A stretch of 64,000 nt of DNA from Clostridia bacterium (GTDB taxonomy: Bacteria > Bacillota > Clostridia > Christensenellales > UMGS416). The stretch is taken from assembly GCA_016938675.1 (NCBI GenBank), contig JAFGUF010000016.1:2792-66791 (forward strand). Direction: 5' to 3'. The position numbers were made by a program, and so were the translations under genes. The notes under the pieces were generated by a model. The model was not told the DNA's origin. It did not search any database and saw only the letters and a list, made by a program, of their open reading frames with translations. The first letter of the stretch is position 1. Each line of letters opens with the position of its first letter. Of this stretch, positions 47,078 through 58,094 are shown in pieces.

Positions 47078-48261
47078 TACAAAACATAACCGACAAAATT
47101 TATTATGTTGGCGTCAAAAACCCTGATTTGAAGGTTTTTGATGTTATAATGCATACAAAGTACGGTACGACCTACAATGCATACGTAATAAAAGGAAACG
47201 ATAAGGTAGCCCTTGTTGAAATGGTTAAGAATGGCTTTAACAAAGAACACATGGATTATGTGGCCGAAATAGTACCACTTGATTCAATTGATTACATTGT
47301 TATGAGTCATACTGAGCCGGATCATTCAGGCTCCTTAGAGGAGTATTTGTCGATTAACCCCAACGCGACCGTTGTAGCCTCAAGACCCGCCCTTAACTTC
47401 CTTAAGGAAATTGTAAACAAGGATTTCAAGCAGCAGGTTGCGGAGAACGGCGACACAATTGATCTGGGCGGAGTAAGCCTGGAATTTATAATGGCGCCAT
47501 ATCTGCACTGGCCCGATACTATGTTCACCTATGTAAAAGAGGAAAAAGCCTTGATTACAGGGGATATGTTTGGCTGCCACTTTACTTGCAGGAATGTATT
47601 TGACGTAGACTTTTCCCCAGAGCTTCTAGACGCGCAAAAATACTATTTTGACGTAATCATTTCGCCCTTTAAAGACTATGCCCTTCAGGCTATTGAAAAA
47701 ATAAAGGATTTGGATTTCAAGGTTATATGTCCTTCTCATGGCCCGGTGCTTCTACATCAGCCACATGAAACAATAGCCAGGTTCAAAGCATGGTCTGAGG
47801 AGATAATGCCCGAAAAAAACGAAAAGAAAATAGTAGTTATAGCTTATGTTTCAGCCTATGGGTACACTAAGGAACTGGCGGAACTAGCCAAAACAGCGCT
47901 GCTGAATCTTGGCTTCGACGCAAGGATATATGAAATCACATCCTATGAAGCCTCTGAATTGAAATCAAAAATCGATAAGGCGGACGCTGTGCTCATCGGC
48001 TCGCCCACTTTCAACAGGGATGCCCTGCCTCCAGTATGGAATCTGCTTACTCACTTTTCTGCTTTTGCTCAAAAGGGCATGCCAGCTGCTGCCTTCGGAA
48101 GCTATGGCTGGACAGGCGAAGCTGTGAAAATGCTGCAGGAAAGGATGAGATCCTTAGGAATGAAAGTCCCCACTGAAGGTTTCAGGTCTAGATTTAAACC
48201 CTCTGAAAAGGATAGAGAAGGCATGATAGCTTTCATAAATGACTTTTCCAAAGAAATTTAA
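47074..48261 (+). CDS. Flavodiiron protein (FprA-type: metallo-beta-lactamase-like plus flavodoxin domains)
   Basis: [14 protein letters not shown]..., HTEPDHSG diiron motif, C-terminal flavodoxin ([13 protein letters not shown]...GSPTFN). Start set at 47074, coupled to rubredoxin. Confidence 0.85.
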   Translation: MIQNITDKIYYVGVKNPDLKVFDVIMHTKYGTTYNAYVIKGNDKVALVEMVKNGFNKEHMDYVAEIVPLDSIDYIVMSHTEPDHSGSLEEYLSINPNATVVASRPALNFLKEIVNKDFKQQVAENGDTIDLGGVSLEFIMAPYLHWPDTMFTYVKEEKALITGDMFGCHFTCRNVFDVDFSPELLDAQKYYFDVIISPFKDYALQAIEKIKDLDFKVICPSHGPVLLHQPHETIARFKAWSEEIMPEKNEKKIVVIAYVSAYGYTKELAELAKTALLNLGFDARIYEITSYEASELKSKIDKADAVLIGSPTFNRDALPPVWNLLTHFSAFAQKGMPAAAFGSYGWTGEAVKMLQERMRSLGMKVPTEGFRSRFKPSEKDREGMIAFINDFSKEI

Positions 48262-48284
48262 ACGGGACTAAATACAGCAATTAC

Positions 48285-48319
48285 AAAAGAACTGCTTTTA
48301 TAAAGAGCAGTTCTTTTTT
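48285..48319 (+). terminator. Terminator after the flavodiiron gene
   Basis: AAAAGAACTGC...GCAGTTCTTTTTT. Confidence 0.6.
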
Positions 48320-48449
48320 GATTATATTGTCCTGACGAGCGTTTTTAAGCCCCGTTTCATTGGCTACAAACTGCTCTCAAATCGTTGATATAATCCTTAA
48401 ATATGTTATAATATTTAAGTTAGTTAAATATAGAGCAGAGGAGCAGCAG

Positions 48450-51400
48450 GTGTTATTAAAAAGATTGGAACTGTACGGCTTTAAGTCATTTGCAGATAAA
48501 GTTGAAATAGAATTCGACAGCGGAATTACCGGGGTAGTAGGCCCCAATGGTTCCGGAAAAAGCAATATCGGCGATGCTGTACGCTGGGTTTTGGGTGAAC
48601 AGAGCGCCAAATCATTGAGGGGCTCAAAAATGGAAGATGTCATATTCAACGGCGCACAAGGCAGGTCTCCTTTGGCTTGGTGTGAAGTGAATTTGATTTT
48701 CGATAATACTGATGCTTCTGTAAAAAGTGATTATTCGGAGCTGTCTGTTGCCAGGCGGTTTTACCGTTCAGGCGAAAGCGAATACTACTTGAATAAGCAG
48801 CTATGCAGACGCAAGGAAATCATTGACCTTTTCAGAGATACCGGTATCGGCAAAGAGGGCTATTCCATAATCGGCCAGGGAAGAATAGAAGACATTATAT
48901 CCTCAAAACCCGAAGCCAGAAGAGACCTTTTTCATGAAGCTGTCGGCATTATGAAGCACAGGGCAAAGCGCGACGAATCCAACAAAAGGCTGGAAAACAC
49001 GCGCGCGAATGTTCAGCGCCTTGTAGACAAAATGGAGGAAATGGAGCGTCAGTTGCGCCCATTGAAGCGACAATGCGACAATGCAAGAAGATACCTTACC
49101 TTAAGTGAAAGACTAAAGAGCCTGGAAGTTAATAAATTCCTCGTTCTATATAAGCAACTTACAGCAAGTGTAGACGAGCTTAAAAAAGAGCAGCAAAATT
49201 TAGAAGATATTGAGAGGCAGAATGTACAGAGCGTAGAAAAAACAAAAAATTCAATTGCCTCAGCACAGAGCCAGCTGTATGAAAGCAATAGCTCTCTTGA
49301 TGCGCTGCAGCAAAAAATCAATCAGATAGAGAAGGATATTGCCGCATCAGAAAATGAGATAAAGCTGATAAACGAGCGTATTAATTTCGGAATGCAAACC
49401 AAGCTTCGGTTAGGCGACGAAATTGAGTTTGCAAACCAGCGTTCCGCCGAACTAAAAAGCCAAGCTGATACTTTGGAAAAGGACTTAACCATAAAGGAAG
49501 AAAAAAGAACCAGCCGCAAATCGGAAATTGAGAAATACACTGCTTTAGTAGAGCAGTCTCTTGCTGAATACAATAGGCGCCAAAGGGAACTGGATGAAAA
49601 AAAGCTTAAGCTGATTGAGCAGATTTCAGCTCAATCAGATAGCAAAACCGCTGTAGGCAAATACGAAACAATGATTGAAAGCCTTACAGAACGAAAAGCG
49701 TCATTACAGAATGAAATCGCTGCCCTTAAAAATGATCAAACGATTTATTCAACCTCCAGAGTCGAGATTCAGGCAAATATAGATTCACTGGATGCAGATG
49801 TAAAAAGCATGCAGGAAAGAGCAAATGAACTTCTCGCAGAACGAGACAGAATAAAATCCGCGCTTGCTGACGCACAAATATTAAGCAGGGAAAAAGGCGT
49901 CGCCTTCAAATCAATAGAAAACAAGATATCCATCCTGAAAAGCATGCAGGCCGACCACGAAGGATATGACCGGGCTGTAAAATATCTTCTGGAGTCAGAA
50001 GATGCGCAAAAATACGTAACGGGAATAATCGGAGATATTATTGATGTTCCCGCGGAATACACAGCTGCAATTGATACGGCTCTGGGAAGAGCAGTGCATA
50101 ATGTAGTTACCAAAGATGAATACGATGCAAAGGAGCTCATTCGCCAACTGCGGAACAATCAGGCCGGTCGTGCTACGTTCTTCCCTATGACGGCAATCAA
50201 GGGCCGATACCCCAATGACAGCGAGCGAGCGCTTCTTAAGTCAAAGGGCTGCCTTGGAATCGGCGCTGAATTAATTAAATACGATAAAAAATATTCTGAG
50301 ATAATATATTCTCTTCTCGGCAGGACAGCCGTCTGCGAAAACCTGGACATAGCCGTTGAGCTCGCTAAAAAGTGCGGCTTTTCATTAAGGTTTGTAACAT
50401 TGGAAGGCGATATCGTAAACGCAGGCGGAAGCATGAGCGGCGGAAGCAAAAAAGGGCAATCCAGCTCTATACTCTCCCGCAGGACAGAAATAGCAGAGCA
50501 CGAAAAGCAGCTGGTATATATTGAAGACAGCTATAAGCAAGCCGCAAAAGAAGCAGACAAGCTGGATAAAGCGCTGGAAAACATACAGTCCGAAATGGAA
50601 AGCCACTCCAGAGCCGTAAACGAATCTAATATTCAGCTGGTTAAGGAGCTTGAAAAGATAGAACGGCTGACAGAGCTTGAAGGGAAAAATACAGCTAAGC
50701 TCAGTTCATTACAGCAGGACAGCAGCAATATCGAAAACAACCTTATAGATTTGTACAATTCTGTTGATGAAATCACTGCCACAAAAAGCGACGGAACCGG
50801 CATCCAGGCTCTTTCACAGGAAGCGCTGAAATCCGAGCAGGCAGAGCTTAATAAGCTTGGCGAAGACTTGGATGAACTCCAGCACAATCTTAACTCTCTG
50901 CTTATACGCGATGCAGCCGATGAAAAGGAGCTGGCAAGCGTAAAGAAGGACATCTATCGCCTGAGAAATGACAGCGAAACGGTTGTCAGCGATGCCCAGA
51001 AAAAGCTTTCGGAAACGCAGGATTCATCGCAGATAATAAGTGAACAAGAAGAAACGATTCAGAAGCACAACAATACAATTGCTGAGCTTAAATCATCCCT
51101 TGATGCCGCAAACTTGGAGCTGCAAGCAGCGCTGGAAACCCGCGGAACACTAAGCTCCAGAGCGAAGGATGCCGCAGATGCCCACGAACAGGCAAGAGAG
51201 ATGCTGCTGAATGTGACAGAGAAAAAATTCCGTCTTGCTACGAAACTTGACCACAGCGAGACAGAGCTTGTTAATATTCAAAACAGAATGTGGGATATGT
51301 ATGAGCTTACCTACGCCAATGCTCAGCCTATGGAGAGCCCTGATTTTGACTTCGATGCATCCGCAGAAGAGATAGAGTCCGTCCGCAGGACCATTAAAAA

Positions 51401-52004
51401 CATGGGCACGGTAAACGTCAATGCTCTCGAAGACTATACTGAAATAAACGAAAGATATAATGAACATAAAGTACAGTATGATGACCTTATACAGGCAGAA
51501 AGCGACCTGCTTGAGGTAATTGACGACCTTAATAAGCACATGAGGGCAGTGTTTGAAAAAGAGTTCGGCAAATTGAACGAATACTTCAAGTCCACCTTTA
51601 CCCAGCTTTTCGGCGGAGGAGAAGCGAGCCTTATTATTCATGATGACGAAGATATATTAGAAAGCGGAATAGACATAATCGCTCAGCCTCCCGGAAAGAA
51701 GCTGCAGCATCTGTCCCTGCTCTCCGGCGGAGAAAAGGCACTTACAGCTATAGCGATACTTTTTGCAATGTTAAAGCACAAACCTTCGCCATTCTGCCTG
51801 CTGGATGAAATTGAGGCAGCGCTGGATGAAGCCAATCTTTATCATTTCGCGAACTACGTAAAAGACTATTCTAATGATACACAGTTCGTAATCATTACCC
51901 ACAGGCGCGGAACTATGGAATCCTGCGACAGGCTCTACGGTGTGGCTATGGAAGAAAAGGGCGTAAGCAAGATGATAACCGTAAAGCTCTCGGACTATCA
52001 ATAA
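48450..52004 (+). CDS. smc: Chromosome partition protein SMC
   Basis: (V)LLKRLELYGFKSFADK, GPNGSGKSN, long coiled coils with a hinge, LSGGEKALTAIA, LLDEIEAALD. GTG start at 48450 preceded by GAGGAG. Confidence 0.9.
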   Translation: MLLKRLELYGFKSFADKVEIEFDSGITGVVGPNGSGKSNIGDAVRWVLGEQSAKSLRGSKMEDVIFNGAQGRSPLAWCEVNLIFDNTDASVKSDYSELSVARRFYRSGESEYYLNKQLCRRKEIIDLFRDTGIGKEGYSIIGQGRIEDIISSKPEARRDLFHEAVGIMKHRAKRDESNKRLENTRANVQRLVDKMEEMERQLRPLKRQCDNARRYLTLSERLKSLEVNKFLVLYKQLTASVDELKKEQQNLEDIERQNVQSVEKTKNSIASAQSQLYESNSSLDALQQKINQIEKDIAASENEIKLINERINFGMQTKLRLGDEIEFANQRSAELKSQADTLEKDLTIKEEKRTSRKSEIEKYTALVEQSLAEYNRRQRELDEKKLKLIEQISAQSDSKTAVGKYETMIESLTERKASLQNEIAALKNDQTIYSTSRVEIQANIDSLDADVKSMQERANELLAERDRIKSALADAQILSREKGVAFKSIENKISILKSMQADHEGYDRAVKYLLESEDAQKYVTGIIGDIIDVPAEYTAAIDTALGRAVHNVVTKDEYDAKELIRQLRNNQAGRATFFPMTAIKGRYPNDSERALLKSKGCLGIGAELIKYDKKYSEIIYSLLGRTAVCENLDIAVELAKKCGFSLRFVTLEGDIVNAGGSMSGGSKKGQSSSILSRRTEIAEHEKQLVYIEDSYKQAAKEADKLDKALENIQSEMESHSRAVNESNIQLVKELEKIERLTELEGKNTAKLSSLQQDSSNIENNLIDLYNSVDEITATKSDGTGIQALSQEALKSEQAELNKLGEDLDELQHNLNSLLIRDAADEKELASVKKDIYRLRNDSETVVSDAQKKLSETQDSSQIISEQEETIQKHNNTIAELKSSLDAANLELQAALETRGTLSSRAKDAADAHEQAREMLLNVTEKKFRLATKLDHSETELVNIQNRMWDMYELTYANAQPMESPDFDFDASAEEIESVRRTIKNMGTVNVNALEDYTEINERYNEHKVQYDDLIQAESDLLEVIDDLNKHMRAVFEKEFGKLNEYFKSTFTQLFGGGEASLIIHDDEDILESGIDIIAQPPGKKLQHLSLLSGGEKALTAIAILFAMLKHKPSPFCLLDEIEAALDEANLYHFANYVKDYSNDTQFVIITHRRGTMESCDRLYGVAMEEKGVSKMITVKLSDYQ

Positions 52005-52026
52005 AAATGACTGGATGAAAATTTAG

Positions 52027-52926
52027 ATGGCAATGTTTCAAAAGCTGAGTGAACGGCTTAAAAAAACTTCATCTGCCATATCGGGCAGAATAGATGAAAT
52101 CATAAATTATTATAAAGAAATCGATGATGATTTTTTTGAAGACCTGCTGGATGTTTTGATATCTTCTGATATGGGTATAGATACATCACATGAACTTATT
52201 GAATCCGTTCAATCATATGTCAGATCAAAAAAAATCGGCGATGTAAAAACCATTAAAGGAATCCTTCAGGATAAAATTGCTGAGGCAATGGATAATGAAG
52301 GCTTAGAATTAGTTTCGCCAATGGTTATCCTGATGGTCGGAGTAAACGGAACGGGAAAAACCACTTCTGCCGGCAAACTCGCAGCCAAATATGCTGCGCA
52401 AGGGAAAAAGGTAGCTCTTTGTGCCGCAGATACATTCCGCGCCGCAGCAATTGAGCAGCTAAGTGAATGGAGCGAACGGGCAAATGTCCCTATAACAAAG
52501 GCTCAAACAGGTTCCGACGCAGCTGCCGTTGTATATGATGCCATATCATCTGCGAAATCTAAAAAAACCGATATATTGATTTGTGATACGGCAGGGCGGC
52601 TGCACAACAAAAAGAACCTAATGATGGAGCTTGAGAAAATAAGCAGAACAATAGATAAAGAATTCCCTGAAGCAAAAAAAGAGACTCTGCTGGTTATTGA
52701 CGCAACAACCGGCCAGAACGCCATATCGCAGGCGAAGCTCTTTTCAGAAGCTGCTGATGTAACAGGCATAGTCCTGACCAAACTTGATGGCACTGCCCGC
52801 GGAGGGGTGGCAGTTGCTGTAAAGAGCATCACTAACATCCCTGTTTATTACATAGGGATAGGAGAAAGCGTAGATGACCTAGAGGAATTCAACGCAAAGG
52901 ACTACGCTGCAGCGATAATAAGCTAG
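52027..52926 (+). CDS. ftsY: Signal recognition particle receptor FtsY
   Basis: GVNGTGKTTS, DTAGR, TKLDG. Confidence 0.9.
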   Translation: MAMFQKLSERLKKTSSAISGRIDEIINYYKEIDDDFFEDLLDVLISSDMGIDTSHELIESVQSYVRSKKIGDVKTIKGILQDKIAEAMDNEGLELVSPMVILMVGVNGTGKTTSAGKLAAKYAAQGKKVALCAADTFRAAAIEQLSEWSERANVPITKAQTGSDAAAVVYDAISSAKSKKTDILICDTAGRLHNKKNLMMELEKISRTIDKEFPEAKKETLLVIDATTGQNAISQAKLFSEAADVTGIVLTKLDGTARGGVAVAVKSITNIPVYYIGIGESVDDLEEFNAKDYAAAIIS

Positions 52927-52948
52927 ATATTAAAGAAAGGTAAAGTAT

Positions 52949-55276
52949 ATGAGCAAAAACACATTACCATTAGTGCCCCTAAGGGGATTAATAGTATTTC
53001 CAAATATGTCGATAAATTTTGATGTAGGCAGGGCTAAGTCCTTGGCTGCTGTTAAGCTTGCCATGAACTCCGGCAAGACAATTATTCTTTCGTCCCAGAT
53101 TGACGCAACAATTGAAGACCCGTCTGAAAAAGACATATATAAAATAGGAACAGTAGCAAAAATAAAGCAATTCGGTAAGCTTGGCGGCAGTGTTTCCCGC
53201 GTATCAGTTGAGGGCCTTTACAGAGTCCGTATATCAGAATACACCAAGGAAACATCCTGCTTCATGGCAATATACGAGGAACTTGAAGAAGAAAAAAACA
53301 TAGATAAAAATCAGGGCCTGCAAGCATTGATGAGAACAAATACGGAGCTTTATAAGGAGCTTTCAAATATATCGAAAAAGCCAAACCCTGAAGTAATGCT
53401 AAAGCTGATGCAGGAGTCATCCCCCGAAACTCTTGCAAACCTAATCAGCGTAAACGGCCTCTATCAGCTTGAGGACAAGCAGAAATCCATGCAGATAACG
53501 GATATCAAAGAGCGCCTGGAAACAACAGCCAAAATGCTGAGCAATGAAATAGAAGTTGTGAAGCTCGGAATACAGATTAACAACAGAGTACGCCAGCAAA
53601 TGGACAAAATGCAGAAAGAGCACTATCTTCATGAGCAGGTAAAGGCTATAAAGGCTGAACTCGGCGAAGGGGATGCAGACAAAGCCCCTGAGCAAAAGGA
53701 AATAGTTGACGAACTGCCACTTGATGATGCGCATAAAGAAAAGATAAAAAAGGAAATCGATAAGCTTTCCTCACTGCCAAGCGCTTCTCCTGAAACGGGC
53801 ATGCTGCGCACATGGATAGACTTGGTTTTCGATATGCCATGGAATATATCCAGTAAGGACAATATGGACCTTGATATTGCGCAGAAAGTGCTAGATGAAG
53901 ACCACTACGGCCTGAAAGAAGTGAAAGAAAGAATCATTGAGTATCTTGCGGTGCGCGCCCTTACAAAGAGCATGAAAGGGCCAATCCTATGCTTTGTAGG
54001 CCCTCCCGGTGTCGGGAAGACCTCCATAGGCAAATCTATTGCAAGAGCGACAGACCGGAAATTTGTGCGCATGTCCTTGGGCGGAGTCAGGGATGAAGCC
54101 GAAATAAGGGGACACAGGCGCACATACATTGGCGCTATACCCGGCAGAATTATATCAAACATCAAACAGGCGGGAACAAATAATCCTGTTTTCCTACTGG
54201 ATGAAATCGAAAAAATGAGTAATGACTTCAGAGGCGACCCCGCCTCTGCCATGCTTGAAGTGCTAGACCCTGAGCAGAACTCAACATTCACAGACCACTA
54301 TCTTGAGCTTCCGTTTGATCTTTCGCAGGTCATGTTCATTGCGACTGCAAACTCTATAGATAGCATCCCTCCTGCGCTTTTCGATAGGATGGAAATAATC
54401 CATATTTCAGGGTATACGGATGATGAAAAGCTAAATATCGCAAAGAAATACCTCCTGCCTAAGCAGCTCGGCGCTCATGGCATCGAAGAGGGTCTGGTCA
54501 AAATTGACGATACTGTTATTCTGGAGATCATAAACGCCTATACAAGAGAAGCCGGTGTCAGAAACCTGGAAAGGCAGTTTGCCAACATTTGCAGAAAATG
54601 CGCAAGGCAGATAGTATCAAAAAAGAAGACCTCCATTGAAATAACATCCAAGAACTTAGAGAAATATCTCGGCGTTAAAAAATACCTGCCGGATGATACA
54701 AACACCGAAGACCAGGTAGGCGTAGCCACCGGCCTTGCGTGGACTTCTGTCGGCGGGGTAACACTTAATATAGAAGTGAACGTAATGAAAGGCAGCGGCA
54801 AACTCCAGCTTACCGGACAATTAGGTGATGTAATGAAAGAATCCGCTTCTGCCGGCCTCAGCTATATCCGTGCCAATGCATCAGCGCTTGGAATCCCCGA
54901 TGATAATAAATTTTATGAGGATAAAGATATACACATACACATACCTGAGGGAGCAACTCCAAAGGATGGCCCTTCCGCAGGAATATCAATGGCTACAGCA
55001 ATGCTTTCAGCCCTAACAGGCATCCCGGTAAGCGCAAGCGTCGCTATGACCGGCGAGATAACTCTGCGCGGCAAGGTCCTGCCGATAGGCGGGCTTAAGT
55101 CCAAGGCACTGGCTGCATACCGGGCAGGCATCAAAAAGATTCTTATTCCAAAAGAGAACCAGAAAGACCTGCATGAAATACCGGATAAAGTGAAAAATAA
55201 GCTGGAGATTATATGCGTCTCTACTTTAGAAGATGTTCTGAAGCATGCTTTGGTAAAGACTGATGAAGATAAGTAA
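52949..55276 (+). CDS. lon: ATP-dependent Lon protease (LonA)
   Basis: LPLVPLRGLIVFP N-domain, GPPGVGKTS, PKDGPSAG catalytic Ser context. Confidence 0.95.
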   Translation: MSKNTLPLVPLRGLIVFPNMSINFDVGRAKSLAAVKLAMNSGKTIILSSQIDATIEDPSEKDIYKIGTVAKIKQFGKLGGSVSRVSVEGLYRVRISEYTKETSCFMAIYEELEEEKNIDKNQGLQALMRTNTELYKELSNISKKPNPEVMLKLMQESSPETLANLISVNGLYQLEDKQKSMQITDIKERLETTAKMLSNEIEVVKLGIQINNRVRQQMDKMQKEHYLHEQVKAIKAELGEGDADKAPEQKEIVDELPLDDAHKEKIKKEIDKLSSLPSASPETGMLRTWIDLVFDMPWNISSKDNMDLDIAQKVLDEDHYGLKEVKERIIEYLAVRALTKSMKGPILCFVGPPGVGKTSIGKSIARATDRKFVRMSLGGVRDEAEIRGHRRTYIGAIPGRIISNIKQAGTNNPVFLLDEIEKMSNDFRGDPASAMLEVLDPEQNSTFTDHYLELPFDLSQVMFIATANSIDSIPPALFDRMEIIHISGYTDDEKLNIAKKYLLPKQLGAHGIEEGLVKIDDTVILEIINAYTREAGVRNLERQFANICRKCARQIVSKKKTSIEITSKNLEKYLGVKKYLPDDTNTEDQVGVATGLAWTSVGGVTLNIEVNVMKGSGKLQLTGQLGDVMKESASAGLSYIRANASALGIPDDNKFYEDKDIHIHIPEGATPKDGPSAGISMATAMLSALTGIPVSASVAMTGEITLRGKVLPIGGLKSKALAAYRAGIKKILIPKENQKDLHEIPDKVKNKLEIICVSTLEDVLKHALVKTDEDK

Positions 55277-55871
55277 AGCAGAGTTCGTAAAATCCATTGC
55301 GGACTATAAAACAGCAAAGATATTGCCAAAGCCACAAATTGCTCTTGTAGGCAGGTCAAATGTGGGCAAATCAACTCTGATCAATATTTTGTGCAGCCAA
55401 AATAAACTTGCTAAGGTCAGCTCTTCGCCGGGCAAGACAAGGCTTATTAACCTGTTTAATATAAATGATGATTTCTATCTAGTGGACCTTCCGGGCTACG
55501 GATACGCGAAGGTGAACCCGCAGGAAAAAGACAGGTGGTCTGAAATGATGGAAAACTACTTTGCGCTGGCAAAAGATTTGAAGCATATATTTCTGCTGAT
55601 GGATATAAGAAGAGAGCCGAGCCAGGACGATTTACAGATGTCATTATGGATTCAGCATTCTGCTATACCCTGCACTATAATCGCAACGAAGGCAGACAAG
55701 CTGCCCAAGTCCAGAAGAAAGCCTGCTGCTTCACTTCTGTCTGACAAGCTGGCCATGACATTTGCTACGCCTACAATTATCTTCTCTTCTCTGGAAAAGA
55801 GCGGTATATCCGAAATACGACAGCGTATAGGCGACATAATGGATGATAAACCTCTTTATAAAAGAGATTAG
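55263..55871 (+). CDS. engB: Ribosome biogenesis GTP-binding protein YihA/YsxC
   Basis: GRSNVGKSTLIN, DLPGYGYA, TKADK. Follows lon as in many Firmicutes. Confidence 0.9.
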   Translation: MKISKAEFVKSIADYKTAKILPKPQIALVGRSNVGKSTLINILCSQNKLAKVSSSPGKTRLINLFNINDDFYLVDLPGYGYAKVNPQEKDRWSEMMENYFALAKDLKHIFLLMDIRREPSQDDLQMSLWIQHSAIPCTIIATKADKLPKSRRKPAASLLSDKLAMTFATPTIIFSSLEKSGISEIRQRIGDIMDDKPLYKRD

Positions 55872-55879
55872 CGGATATT

Positions 55880-55906
55880 AAAAAAGCCTGTTAACACAGG
55901 CTTTCA
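55880..55906. terminator. Bidirectional terminator between engB and convergent msrA
   Basis: AAAAAGCCTGT-TAAC-ACAGGCTTTC. Confidence 0.6.
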
Positions 55907-56392
55907 TTATTTCTTTAATGGCGGCAGGTCTATGTGGCAATAGCCGTTGGGATTCTTTTTCAGATAATCCTGATGATATTCCTCAGCTTCGTAGAAATTC
56001 TTCAGCTTCATTACTTCAACTGCAAGCTTTTCATCATATTTTGTCTGCTCCTTGAGAAATCTTAAATTTATTATTTCAAGGTCTGATTCATCAGTATAGT
56101 ATATTCCCGTCCGGTATTGTGTGCCCCTGTCCGGTCCCTGCCTGTTTATGCTTACCGGGTCAATTACATCAAAATAATATGTTAGCAGTCTATTTAAGCT
56201 CACAACATTCTCATCATAGATAATCATCAGCGTCTCCGCCGCATCCGTCGCTCCGGTGCAGACCAGCTCATATGACGGAGCTTCAATCGTGGAATTAGCG
56301 TAGCCCACTGTCGTGCTTTCTACGCCGTTTATCCGAGAAAAGTATTCTTCTACTCCCCAGAAGCATCCTCCTGCTAAATAAATCTTTTTCAT
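55907..56392 (-). CDS. msrA: Peptide-methionine (S)-S-oxide reductase
   Basis: [16 protein letters not shown]. Confidence 0.9.
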   Translation of the reverse strand: MKKIYLAGGCFWGVEEYFSRINGVESTTVGYANSTIEAPSYELVCTGATDAAETLMIIYDENVVSLNRLLTYYFDVIDPVSINRQGPDRGTQYRTGIYYTDESDLEIINLRFLKEQTKYDEKLAVEVMKLKNFYEAEEYHQDYLKKNPNGYCHIDLPPLKK

Positions 56393-56513
56393 TTTAACCC
56401 TCTTTCCTATAGCTGATTATATCATCAGTATCGCATCTTAGTCAAAACCCCTTCAACTAGAAAAGCCAACCTTAATAATAAGATTGACTTGGAATTACAT
56501 CATTTTATGCCCG

Positions 56514-56930
56514 CTACAGCGTGACTGTCGCCTTCACCTTGTTTCCTACGTTGTTATATACTACATCGTGGGAAAAAGCCCTAACCAGTATCAGCCCGCG
56601 CCCCTGCTCGCTGTCTACATTGGGTTCTCTTACGCTGTGCACCACGTCGAATCCTGCGCCGCCGTCTTCTACCGTAATTTCAAGTATTGAGTTTTCTGCG
56701 TCTATTGCAATTTCTAAATTCAATTCCTTTGCCTTGCCATGTATAAACCCATTAATTATAAGCTCAGAAAGAACCAGCTTAACAGTGTATCGGGTAGGCT
56801 CGTCTGTTTCTACCATGCTGTTTATGCACTCAATTATACTGGTATTAGTTTTGCCTAAATCAGCTAAAGATTCCAACTTATATTTTTTTATAGTTAACTC
56901 ACTCACCGTGCACCTCTGCCAGACATTCAT
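56514..56930 (-). CDS. Anti-sigma factor-type serine kinase (RsbW/SpoIIAB-like, intact ATP-binding motifs)
   Basis: N-box SELIINGFIHG, G1 EDGGAGFD, G2 GRGLILV; 138 aa. Confidence 0.7.
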   Translation of the reverse strand: MNVWQRCTVSELTIKKYKLESLADLGKTNTSIIECINSMVETDEPTRYTVKLVLSELIINGFIHGKAKELNLEIAIDAENSILEITVEDGGAGFDVVHSVREPNVDSEQGRGLILVRAFSHDVVYNNVGNKVKATVTL

Positions 56931-56977
56931 CTATAATATACACATACTTAAAAAATATAAAACAATTATTATGCAGA

Positions 56978-57715
56978 TTATAGCCTGTGGCGGAGCTTTT
57001 CAAATATTTTTCTCTCCGCTCTTGAAATGTACATCTGCGAAACATCCAAAATGTCTGCCACTTCTCTCTGGCTTTTGTTCTTATAATATCTTTGTACTAT
57101 GATGTATCTTTCCTTCTCACTTAAAACATCGAGCGCTCTTTTTATTGAGTCCTTTATGTCTACACTGTCATATCCCTTATCAAAATTCCCTACAAGTTCA
57201 CCCAGAGTATATGCATTCTCAGATGAATACACAGTATCAAGCGATGTCGAATTGGAGTTCTCCATCACATCCAGCATCTCCAGCACATATTCTTCACTCA
57301 TATCGGCTCGGCTGGCTATCTCCGCTACTGTCGGCTGCCTTCCGAGATCCACAGATAGCTCATTGGCAATCAGTTTAATTTTTGTTATATCGCCCAGCGA
57401 ACGGCGCGATATTTTAACACTGTTTCCGTATGCTCTGAAGTAGTTCTTTATTTCGCCGATAATAGTAGGAGTTGCAAAGCTTTGCAGCTTTACTCCCCTT
57501 TCAATATCAAATCTTTCGATACTCTTTAACAAGGACATTCTTGCAACTTGAAGTATGTCCTCGTATTCAATGCCCCTGCCTACATATTTGCGTGCTACTG
57601 CCTGCGCAACATTTGCATAGCGCTTATATATTTCATTTCGCAATTCTACTGTGGGTTTTTTGTGGTATTTTTCCAGAAGTTCTTCGTTGGAAAAATCATC
57701 ATAAGGCATATTCAA
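56978..57715 (-). CDS. Sigma-70 family sigma factor (SigB/F/G-like group 3)
   Basis: Region 2 (YEDILQVARMSLLKSIERFD), region 3, and region 4 HTH (SQREVADILDVSQMYISRAERK). Confidence 0.85.
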   Translation of the reverse strand: MNMPYDDFSNEELLEKYHKKPTVELRNEIYKRYANVAQAVARKYVGRGIEYEDILQVARMSLLKSIERFDIERGVKLQSFATPTIIGEIKNYFRAYGNSVKISRRSLGDITKIKLIANELSVDLGRQPTVAEIASRADMSEEYVLEMLDVMENSNSTSLDTVYSSENAYTLGELVGNFDKGYDSVDIKDSIKRALDVLSEKERYIIVQRYYKNKSQREVADILDVSQMYISRAERKIFEKLRHRL

Positions 57716-57717
57716 AA

Positions 57718-58089
57718 CTATATCCCAGTCTTCGTAAACTTGATATAATCCACCGTATTATCAGTTTTATGTATTTCCAGTTCGCTTGTAGTCGCCTCAA
57801 GTATATGTGTGCTTAAATCCGTTTCAATATCCTCTTCAGAAACTTCTCTCTTTTCGGCAATTCCCTTTACTTCGCATTCAGCAATATTGTTTTTAATAGT
57901 ATATTCAATGGAAATGTCTTTGTACTTTCCGCTTCCGATAAGCAGTATGCAGCTCTCTGCGATTGCTGTTTTTAAATCATCAACGTCGCCAATTGTCATA
58001 TTTATTCTTGCCCCTATGGAAGAGGACGCAAGGCGTGCCGTAAGAAGATACTGGGCTTTCGCAGGTATAATTAACTTAATAATATCCAT
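57718..58089 (-). CDS. Degenerate anti-sigma factor-like protein (SpoIIAB/RsbW N-terminal homology, no ATP-binding boxes seen)
   Basis: IPAKAQYLLTARLASSSIGARINMTIGDVDDLKTAIAESC resembles the dimerisation/sigma-binding part of SpoIIAB-type kinases. No DxGxG or GxG motifs; 123 aa. Confidence 0.5.
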   Translation of the reverse strand: MDIIKLIIPAKAQYLLTARLASSSIGARINMTIGDVDDLKTAIAESCILLIGSGKYKDISIEYTIKNNIAECEVKGIAEKREVSEEDIETDLSTHILEATTSELEIHKTDNTVDYIKFTKTGI

Positions 58090-58094
58090 GCTCT

